Positions 1 through 7,354 of a stretch of 64,000 bases of DNA are shown piece by piece (position 1 is the first letter of the stretch; the number at the start of each line of letters is the position of its first letter). The stretch is from positions 124,001 through 188,000 of the IMG/VR virus record IMGVR_UViG_3300027816_000052; one strand, given 5' to 3'. Under the pieces are notes generated by a model that was given only the letters and a program-made list of their open reading frames with translations, was not told the DNA's origin and did no database searches. The translations under genes were made by a program, and so were the position numbers.

Positions 1-218
1 TATTCCTCTTCTATTTTTTCATTAAGAGATGTGTATCGGTCAAGAATATATTCAGTTTCTAAATTTTTATAAAATTTCTCCCAAGCTAATTGAATTTGTT
101 GTATTTTTCTACCACAAACACCACAACAATCACCTTCAGATTCCAAATCCATAAAATCTGAAATATATTGACATTCCTCGCAATCCCATTTTGGTGAATC
201 TAATTTATTTGTATTCAT
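1..218 (-). CDS. Partial hypothetical protein with CxxC...CxxC (possible zinc ribbon); runs off the window start
   Basis: Manual translation from ATG at 218: MNTNKLDSPKWDCEECQYISDFMDLESEGDCCGVCGRKIQQ..., open to position 1; overlaps the stop of the upstream gene. Confidence 0.7.
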   Translation of the reverse strand, partial: MNTNKLDSPKWDCEECQYISDFMDLESEGDCCGVCGRKIQQIQLAWEKFYKNLETEYILDRYTSLNEKIEEE

Positions 219-402
219 TTTCAATTCTTATTTCGTTTATCGCTAAATTAAGATAAAAATGCGACTTTTCCAAACATTCTGTTAAAGTTTCAGATGAACC
301 ACCATATAATTCACCATAATTAGCATCTGGTTGACATATTGACCAGTACCATCTAAATCCATTTGATGGGTGTGGTTTATCTATTATTGTTTCTAATAAC
401 AT
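205..402 (-). CDS. Hypothetical protein (65 aa)
   Basis: ORF in tightly packed leftward gene run. Confidence 0.65.
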   Translation of the reverse strand: MLLETIIDKPHPSNGFRWYWSICQPDANYGELYGGSSETLTECLEKSHFYLNLAINEIRIENEYK

Positions 403-737
403 TATTGTATTATGTTAATTGGGTCATATAAAATAACTTTTTCATAATTCACACCAACATATAACATATCTTCTGATATTTTTTTATTATCAGCCCCATA
501 CCTATATGTATATTTACACACATAACCTAAATTTTTGTGATTATGTATTTTTGTTTTTGGTTGTGTTATTTCAACTATAAGTTTACTGCGCTCTTGAAGT
601 TTATTATCAAACTGTATAGATAGGTGTTCTAATTGTTTTTCAATAAATCTATCAAACCACCGTTCTTCCACGGTGTATCGTAAATTAACATAACCATCAA
701 TATAATCGGGTTCATAAATAACATAAATATATTTCAT
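402..737 (-). CDS. Hypothetical protein (111 aa)
   Basis: ORF in packed leftward run, A-rich start context. Confidence 0.75.
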   Translation of the reverse strand: MKYIYVIYEPDYIDGYVNLRYTVEERWFDRFIEKQLEHLSIQFDNKLQERSKLIVEITQPKTKIHNHKNLGYVCKYTYRYGADNKKISEDMLYVGVNYEKVILYDPINIIQ

Positions 738-750
738 TTTTTTTAATTAA

Positions 751-1074
751 TTAAAAAGGTAAATCTTCATCAAATTCATTCGGTACACTACTATTCTTAT
801 AACCCATTTCTTCCATCCTTTTAAAATCTTCATCAATAAAATCTTTCCAAGGTTGGTTAAGTTCAGTTAATAATTTTAATATCATTTCTAAATCATATTC
901 ACTTAAAAAACCGCCTCTTCTTGGTGCATCATAATAAAAGAAACCATCCTCAAGCATCTGAAACTCACCAACATAGGCGCTTTCATTAAAATAAATCTTA
1001 TAGTGAGTTGGTTCTTCCTCCTTATTCGGTATTAGTTTAAATTTTTCTTTCATTTTAATATCCAAATGCTTCAA
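751..1074 (-). CDS. Hypothetical protein ending in an SSB-C-terminal-like tail (FDEDLPF)
   Basis: ORF; acidic C-terminus NEFDEDLPF resembles the bacterial SSB tail DDDIPF. Confidence 0.75.
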   Translation of the reverse strand: MKHLDIKMKEKFKLIPNKEEEPTHYKIYFNESAYVGEFQMLEDGFFYYDAPRRGGFLSEYDLEMILKLLTELNQPWKDFIDEDFKRMEEMGYKNSSVPNEFDEDLPF

Positions 1075-1735
1075 TTGTATGTTTAAATGGATTACCTTCG
1101 ATATTTTTAACTAAGTCCAGCATTTCTTGTGTAAGTTCTCTTACTTCAACCTGAGCATGTTCGCTATTGCGTAGTTGTTGGAAGTGTGCAAAACTTCTCC
1201 AGTTAAACATAATATCCATTGTGATTTGTGAATTGAATGTTTTAAAGAATCTAGCAGACTCTTTTGCTCTTTTTCTACCTAAGATGGGTGTTAAATCAGA
1301 CAAACATTCGTGATAGAGAGCGTTACCTAAATCAGTATAAGATTTTAATGCTTCAAACCAACTATTGATATTACCATCGTTATCATAAAAAAACTCATTG
1401 GCGTGACCCTGAGAAATTTCAATTCCTTTCCAATCTTTAGGTAGATACGTCTTATCTTCCTTCAACTCTTTATAACGAGCACTTTCACCATTAACACTTA
1501 CACCTATTCGGTGCTTCAATACATGAATATGTGTTGCTTGATCGACTGTAACTAGAAAATGTAAGCTAGATTTTTCAAAAGGAGTGTGATGACCTTCTTT
1601 TGCTAACATTGTTAATAATTTAGGTACACGTTCTAATTTTTCAGGTGTCAATTCACGCGAGGTAGATGTCCACGCTGAACAAGCGTGTGTTAAATCATCA
1701 CCATAGTAACCAAGTAATTCTACTTTATTGTTCAT
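1055..1735 (-). CDS. thyX: FAD-dependent thymidylate synthase ThyX
   Basis: GHHTPFEK, KHRIGVSVNGESARY (RHRxxSxxxxSxR-type motif), NWRSFAHFQQLRNSEHAQVEVR. Confidence 0.95.
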   Translation of the reverse strand: MNNKVELLGYYGDDLTHACSAWTSTSRELTPEKLERVPKLLTMLAKEGHHTPFEKSSLHFLVTVDQATHIHVLKHRIGVSVNGESARYKELKEDKTYLPKDWKGIEISQGHANEFFYDNDGNINSWFEALKSYTDLGNALYHECLSDLTPILGRKRAKESARFFKTFNSQITMDIMFNWRSFAHFQQLRNSEHAQVEVRELTQEMLDLVKNIEGNPFKHTIEAFGY

Positions 1736-1772
1736 TTCTTATTAATAATTAATGTATTCATATACGCCCATT

Positions 1773-2003
1773 TTAAGAGTGAATTATAAAATGATTATAT
1801 ATGTTTAAAATTGTAAATTGCATTTCAAATTTTGGGCATGGTTTCATTTTCCACAAATCTAAGGAAAATTTTAGATTAAAAAAAGTTATACCATCAGAAA
1901 ATGAACGATTTTTTGCTAATAGCTGCAAATCAATATATTTTCTTTTAAAGAATGAAATTTTTCCGTATATACATAAACCGTTTATTATTCTTGTTTTAAT
2001 CAT
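1773..2003 (-). CDS. Hypothetical protein (76 aa)
   Basis: ORF abuts neighbours in the leftward run. Confidence 0.6.
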   Translation of the reverse strand: MIKTRIINGLCIYGKISFFKRKYIDLQLLAKNRSFSDGITFFNLKFSLDLWKMKPCPKFEMQFTILNIYNHFIIHS

Positions 2004-2228
2004 TTAATCGATATATTCAAATTCAGATTCAAGTAATTTAATTCTACTCCCATCATCAAGTTCTACCCATTTAAATCTAGAATCAAGATAATAATAACCT
2101 AACATACCATTATAATTTTTATGATTGTTAGTAATCTTAATTCGCTTTCTAAATGTATAAATTGGTTTATGATAAACTGATGTAATTTCCCACCCGTCTG
2201 GTGTTTTATCTCCAATTTTATAATCCAT
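2004..2228 (-). CDS. Hypothetical protein (74 aa)
   Basis: ORF in leftward run. Confidence 0.7.
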   Translation of the reverse strand: MDYKIGDKTPDGWEITSVYHKPIYTFRKRIKITNNHKNYNGMLGYYYLDSRFKWVELDDGSRIKLLESEFEYID

Positions 2229-2245
2229 ATTATTTAATTTTAAGT

Positions 2246-2686
2246 TTAGTAGGTTCCATGTTCAATTCTACCAATTTCGTTTATAATTTCTTCAGGTTTC
2301 ATATCAATGACCCGACCACCATTTGCTTTAGAATACGGTGTCGTACTTAATAACCATTCATTAAGTTCTTTTTTATTACCGAATGTATCAATACCCATCT
2401 CAAGAATTTTTGGGTTTTGTTCTAAAAATACAGATGTTTCACTCATATCAAAATAACGTTTAATTTTTTTTATATCATTAGGATTAATAATCATTGAATC
2501 AAAATCACCATATCTTGATTTATATCCAAAAATATATTTTATTGCAACACCAATTCGTTTAAAAAAGTTACGATGTTGTTGTAAGTGCGGCATAAAATGA
2601 ACATCATTAAATTCTTCATCATACCAAAATGCGTATGTATGTTCAAGTGAACCACATTCACAAATAAAAATTTCTGTTTTTTCCAT
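2246..2686 (-). CDS. Phage protein with C-terminal Xre/MbcA/ParS antitoxin-like (DUF2384-type) domain
   Basis: C-terminus GIDTFGNKKELNEWLLSTTPYSKANGG...EIINEIGRIEHGTY matches the remembered pattern FG...WL...GG...RIEHG. Confidence 0.6.
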   Translation of the reverse strand: MEKTEIFICECGSLEHTYAFWYDEEFNDVHFMPHLQQHRNFFKRIGVAIKYIFGYKSRYGDFDSMIINPNDIKKIKRYFDMSETSVFLEQNPKILEMGIDTFGNKKELNEWLLSTTPYSKANGGRVIDMKPEEIINEIGRIEHGTY

Positions 2687-2687
2687 A

Positions 2688-2825
2688 TTATTTAATTTTA
2701 TAACTTAAAAAGGACCAAAATCCCCATTCAATAACAACATACTCAAAGGTATCATTTTTTTCAAAAAAACCAATGGGTAACCAATAAAAAGGTCCACCTT
2801 CAAAAAAACATTCAATTTTAATCAT
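2688..2825 (-). CDS. Small aromatic-rich protein (45 aa) not in the ORF track
   Basis: Manual translation MIKIECFFEGGPFYWLPIGFFEKNDTFEYVVIEWGFWSFLSYKIK; exactly fills the gap between two genes. Confidence 0.6.
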   Translation of the reverse strand: MIKIECFFEGGPFYWLPIGFFEKNDTFEYVVIEWGFWSFLSYKIK

Positions 2826-3063
2826 TATGTGGGTCGGGTTTAAAAGTTATTCCTTCAATTAATTCATAATCACTTGTATCAACAACATCTTGTTTTGTTG
2901 CATCCTCATGTTTTCCCATCCATTCTTCATGATATACATTTAGACCAACGGTGATTTCTTTAATTCCGGTACAATAGTTATAACCACCTTCATATCCTTT
3001 AATAAAAACATGAAGTTCTGGATTAACTTTTGATAGTATTTCTATGAGTTCTTTTATTTTCAT
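2818..3063 (-). CDS. Hypothetical protein (81 aa)
   Basis: ORF in leftward run. Confidence 0.75.
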   Translation of the reverse strand: MKIKELIEILSKVNPELHVFIKGYEGGYNYCTGIKEITVGLNVYHEEWMGKHEDATKQDVVDTSDYELIEGITFKPDPHND

Positions 3064-3065
3064 GT

Positions 3066-3248
3066 TTATATAAAATTATTAATTAATAAATACAATAACA
3101 CCATCATACTAATAAAAAATGCAATTATAACATATGATGAAAAAATATAGTATTTTTTGTTTTGAATGTCAAATTTTGTTGGTAACCAAGCAATTAAAGT
3201 AAATAAAACAAACAAAAAAATTGTTATAATTGAAAATATTTGTATCAT
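3066..3248 (-). CDS. Small two-TM membrane protein (60 aa)
   Basis: Two hydrophobic stretches separated by KFDIQNKKY; first gene after a host-type promoter. Confidence 0.6.
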   Translation of the reverse strand: MIQIFSIITIFLFVLFTLIAWLPTKFDIQNKKYYIFSSYVIIAFFISMMVLLYLLINNFI

Positions 3249-3268
3249 TGTATTAAATTTGATTACCG

Positions 3269-3299
3269 CAAAGCTAAAACTAAAATATCAAATTTCAAA
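3269..3299 (-). promoter_or_regulatory. Bacteroidota sigmaA-type promoter (TTTG-N19-TAGCTTTG) driving the leftward early block
   Basis: Minus strand reads TTTG (3296-3299), 19-nt spacer, TAGCTTTGC; matches the TTTG-N19-21-TANNTTTG consensus; ATG lies about 20 nt downstream. Confidence 0.75.
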
Positions 3300-3311
3300 A
3301 TATTTATAGAT

Positions 3312-4130
3312 ATGAAACAAAAACTTTTTAAGTTAACCGAGCAAATGTCTGAGTTGGGTTCACCAATTTTAAAGTATTATGCTTTTGATTGGGATGATAA
3401 CATCGTTAAAATGCCAACCAGAATTTATCTTATGGATAATAATGGAAATGAGGTTGGAATGACCACAGATGATTATGCAAAATATAGGTCAATGATTGGT
3501 AAAGAAGAATTTGAATACGGAGGAAAAACAATCGTTGGATTCGCTGATGATGCATTTAAGAATTTTAAAACATCTGGTGATAAAAATTTCTTAATTGATG
3601 CGATGCTTGCAAAACCCGGACCATCTTGGAATGATTTCGTTGAAAGCATAAATGGGGGATCAATATTTGCGATTATTACAGCGAGGGGACATTCACCTGA
3701 AATTTTAAAGCAGGGTGTTTATAATTATATTATTTCCGATTTCAACGGAATAGATAGAAAAGAATTGGTTAAAAATTTAAGAAAATATAGAAATATTTCA
3801 GATGAAAAAGATTTAAATGATATCGAACTAATAAGAGAGTATTTAAATCTATGTCGTTTTTATCCGGTAACTTATGGAAACGAAAATGAACTTAATCCTG
3901 AAAATGCTAAAGTTGTTGCATTAAAAGAATTTTCAAATTATGTGAAAGAAATGTCTGCGCAACTAAACCAAAAAGCATACTTAAAAAATGATGTTAAAAA
4001 CTATTTTATTCCTGTAATTGGTTTTTCAGATGATGATTTAAAGAACATTTCAACAATAAAATCACATTTTAAAAACGAACCTGATATAAAAACTTATTAT
4101 ACTGGTACAGGTAAGAAAGAAAAATATTAA
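3312..4130 (+). CDS. HAD-superfamily phosphatase-like protein (start revised from 3240 to 3312)
   Basis: Motif I YAFDWDDNI, motif II ITARG, motif IV GFSDDD; TATTTATA at 3301 precedes ATG 3312. Confidence 0.7.
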   Translation: MKQKLFKLTEQMSELGSPILKYYAFDWDDNIVKMPTRIYLMDNNGNEVGMTTDDYAKYRSMIGKEEFEYGGKTIVGFADDAFKNFKTSGDKNFLIDAMLAKPGPSWNDFVESINGGSIFAIITARGHSPEILKQGVYNYIISDFNGIDRKELVKNLRKYRNISDEKDLNDIELIREYLNLCRFYPVTYGNENELNPENAKVVALKEFSNYVKEMSAQLNQKAYLKNDVKNYFIPVIGFSDDDLKNISTIKSHFKNEPDIKTYYTGTGKKEKY

Positions 4131-4216
4131 TATAATATATTTATATAATAGAACTTCTATAGAGAGAATAATTTTTAAAAAACAAAAGTAAATAGAAAAT
4201 TTTTTAAAAGTTATAG

Positions 4217-4224
4217 TATTTATA
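4217..4224 (+). promoter_or_regulatory. Putative late promoter motif TATTTATA upstream of the tail tube gene (representative of at least 13 copies)
   Basis: TATTTAT(N) recurs shortly upstream of starts at 3301, 4217, 4787, 7332, 9567, 21042, 22929, 24750, 28850(-), 28904, 38306(-), 38346, 42186, 63785. Confidence 0.6.
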
Positions 4225-4257
4225 GATAAGAAATAAAAAAATTAAAAATTATAGAAC

Positions 4258-4746
4258 ATGGCAGACTTACTTATGAAAATGCCCTTACCTTATGAACCTA
4301 AAAGGAAGAATAGATTTATTTTACGTTTTCCATCTTCATTAGGTATTAATGAATGGTACGTTGAGTCAACAAAAAGACCTTCAATTAAAATTAATGCTGT
4401 TACTATTCCTTTTTTAAATACCGAAACTTATGTTGCTGGTAAATTCAATTGGGATACAATTAACGTAACATTTAGAGATCCTATTGGACCTTCAGCAGCG
4501 CAAGCTCTTATGGAGTGGGTTCGTTTACATGCAGAATCAGTCACAGGTAGAATGGGTTACGCAGCCGGTTACAAGAAAGATATTGACTTGGAACTCCTTG
4601 ATCCTACGGGAGTTGTGGTTGAAAAATGGATTTTACAAGGGACGTTCTTATCTGGTGTTGATTTCCAAGATTTGAACTATGGTCAGGATGGTTTAGCAAC
4701 AATTAATGCTACGCTTAGACCGGATCGTTGCATATTGGTATACTAA
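4258..4746 (+). CDS. T4 gp19-like tail tube protein
   Basis: EPKRKNRFIL, WDTINVTFRDP, MEWVR, YKKDIDLELLDPTG, W.LQG.F, YD-like terminal pattern typical of contractile tail tubes. Confidence 0.9.
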   Translation: MADLLMKMPLPYEPKRKNRFILRFPSSLGINEWYVESTKRPSIKINAVTIPFLNTETYVAGKFNWDTINVTFRDPIGPSAAQALMEWVRLHAESVTGRMGYAAGYKKDIDLELLDPTGVVVEKWILQGTFLSGVDFQDLNYGQDGLATINATLRPDRCILVY

Positions 4747-4810
4747 AAATTAAGTATATCCTTTACAACCAAAATTAAATTCCATATATTTATATGAAAA
4801 GTATAGATAT

Positions 4811-6388
4811 ATGGAATTTTCTTTTTTCACAACAGATAATAAATCGGGTTATAAAACAAGAGAAGGTTGGTTTTCTAAAAATCATCCAGAAGTTTATGAT
4901 GAAATTATTAGTTATTCTTCTAAAATAGATTTAAACCTTTCTTTCAAAGAAAAAATTTGGTTTTATTTTAACCAATTATCTGAAAGACCAAAATGTGTAA
5001 CATGTTCTAAAGAACTTAAATTTAGAGAACGATTCGATAATCCATACGGAGAATTTTGTTCATTAATTTGTATTAATACAAATAAAGATGAAATGCTTAA
5101 ACGACAAAAAAATACCTTCAATGAAAAGTATGGAATTGATTTTTATCCTCAACACCAAGACTTTGTAAAGAAACAAAAACAAACAAAATTAGAACGTTAT
5201 GGTGATGAAAATTTTGTTAATGCTGAAAAAATGCTAAAAACAAAATTATTAAAATATGGTAGAGAAAATATTAGTAACTCTAAAAAATATAAAGAAACAT
5301 GTATTAAAAAATACGGTATAGATAATTTTGCAAAAACAACTGAATTTAAAAACAAAATTCATCAAAAATATAGAGATTTATATCCAAATTATAATATAAT
5401 CAATATTGATGGTACACAATTAACTGTTTTTTGTGAAAAATGTGGTGATAATTATGAAATTCATAAACAAGTTTTTTATGAAAGAATTCGTGATAACAAT
5501 ATTGTCTGCACAAATTGTAATAAACTTGGTCAATGTTTCATTTCAAGCAAGGAACAAGAAATTAATGATTTTGTAAGAAGTTTAAATATTGAAACAATTC
5601 AAACATTTAAAACAAAAGACAAAACTGAAATCGACATTTTTGTACCATCAAAAAACTTAGGGATTGAGTTAAATGGTGTTTATTGGCACAACGAACTCTT
5701 TAAAGATAAGAATTTTCATTTAAGCAAAACAAAAAGTGCTGAAAATGATGGAATTGAATTGCTTCACATATTTGAGGATGAATGGAATGGTAAAAAAGAA
5801 ATTGTTAAATCTATAATTAAAAATAGATTAGGATTAGTTGATGAAAAAATCTATGCTAGAAAATGTTACATAAAAGAATTAACCTCAAAGGTTACTAGTG
5901 ATTTTTTAAATGAAAATCATATTCAAGGTGAAACTAAATCATTAGTAAAATTAGGTTTATTTAATGGTGAAAAATTAGTTTCAATTATGACCTTTTCAAA
6001 AGGTAGAATTATAATGGGTGGAAAAGACGATGAATGGGAGTTGGTTAGATTTTGTAATATTTTAAATACAAATGTTATCGGAGCGGCATCAAAATTATTA
6101 AATTATTTTATAAAAAACTATAATCCAAAGAAAATTGTGTCTTATTCAGATATTAGACTTTTTAATGGTAGTTTATATGAAAAAATAGGATTTACAAGAA
6201 TATCACAATCACCACCAAGTTATTGGTATGTTATTAATGGTATTAGGCATTATCGTTTTAATTTTAGGAAATCCATTTTAATTAAAGAAGGTTTTGATTC
6301 AAATAAAACAGAACATCAAATAATGTTAGATAGGAGTATCTATAGAATTTATGACTGTGGTGCGATAAGATGGGAATTAAACTATTGA
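4811..6388 (+). mobile_element. Free-standing Hef-like homing endonuclease: Zn fingers, KYG repeats, PD-(D/E)xK domain, C-terminal GNAT/Mom-like domain
   Basis: CVTC/CSLIC, repeated KYG.DN/EN, EIDIFVPSKNLGIELNGVYWH, IYARKC...NHIQG...WELVRFC...SKLL...IVSYSD; inserted within the tail operon. Confidence 0.75.
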
Positions 6389-6433
6389 TTAAAAAAAAAT
6401 TATAATTATTTTTATGTTTAAACTATTATAATA

Positions 6434-7183
6434 ATGGAAAATCTAGATGCTCAATACGGTCAAATGAATTTTAATTTACCTCACGATGTTGTATTATTAC
6501 CGTCAAAAGGTATTTTTTATAAGAATAAGAAAAAGTCTGTTAAGGTTGGTTATTTGACCGCTGCGGATGAAAATATGTTGTTATCAACAAATAATAATGA
6601 TTTGATTATTAACCTTCTACGTTCAAAAATTTATGAACCAGACTTAAGACCTGAAGATTTGCTAAACGGTGATATTGAAGCAATTCTAATCTTTTTAAGA
6701 AATACTTCATTTACTCCTGAATATAATATAACTGCTACAGATCCAAAAACAGGTAAAAAATTTGATAGCGTAATAGTTTTAGATTCATTAGAGTCAATCA
6801 CACCTGAAGTAGAACCAGATGAAAATGGTTTATACACAACAACATTACCAAAATCAAATTCGGTTGTTAAATTAAAACCTTTAACATATCGAGAAAGAAA
6901 TGAAATCGATAAAAATGCTGAAAATTATCCAAAGAATAGGACAGCGCCGATTGTAACGTGGAGACTACAAAAACAAATTGTTGAAATAAATGGTGATAGA
7001 GACCTTGGTAGTATTTCAAAAGCAATAGAAACTCTTCCAATTATGGATTCGAAATATATCAGAAATTTTATGTTAAGAAATGAACCAAGATTGGATTTAG
7101 AAAAAGAAATTGTTTGTCCTTCCGGAGAGAGGATAAATGTCCAAATTAATTTTGGACCGGAGTTTTTTCGTCCTTTCTTCTGA
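6434..7183 (+). CDS. Baseplate hub/tail assembly chaperone (T4 gp26-like)
   Basis: LPSKG..Y......V.YLTAADENML, LPKS...VKLKPLT pattern; lies between tube and tape measure. Confidence 0.7.
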   Translation: MENLDAQYGQMNFNLPHDVVLLPSKGIFYKNKKKSVKVGYLTAADENMLLSTNNNDLIINLLRSKIYEPDLRPEDLLNGDIEAILIFLRNTSFTPEYNITATDPKTGKKFDSVIVLDSLESITPEVEPDENGLYTTTLPKSNSVVKLKPLTYRERNEIDKNAENYPKNRTAPIVTWRLQKQIVEINGDRDLGSISKAIETLPIMDSKYIRNFMLRNEPRLDLEKEIVCPSGERINVQINFGPEFFRPFF

Positions 7184-7322
7184 GTATAGAAAATCGTCAC
7201 TTGACGAATATTATTATTTGGCGAAGTATTTGAATTTGGATTATAGTTCTTACTTATCCATGCCAATATTCATTCGACGTTATTTAATTGATAAATTGAT
7301 TGAGGAATATACTAAAAAATAA
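7137..7322 (+). CDS. gp51-like/GT-type chaperone extension, possibly expressed by frameshift from the preceding gene
   Basis: YYYLAKYLNL...LSMPIFIRRYLI pattern; 47-nt overlap with the upstream ORF containing GAG TTT TTT CGT. Confidence 0.6.
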   Translation: MSKLILDRSFFVLSSEYRKSSLDEYYYLAKYLNLDYSSYLSMPIFIRRYLIDKLIEEYTKK

Positions 7323-7354
7323 AATAACTTCTATTTATTATAAAAAGTACCTCA

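Noticed and set aside
3240-3311. N-terminal extensions in the ORF track (3240, 22925, 23686, 28861, 38308)
   Set aside because: They run through promoter motifs; the downstream ATGs fit the shared leader or homology pattern better
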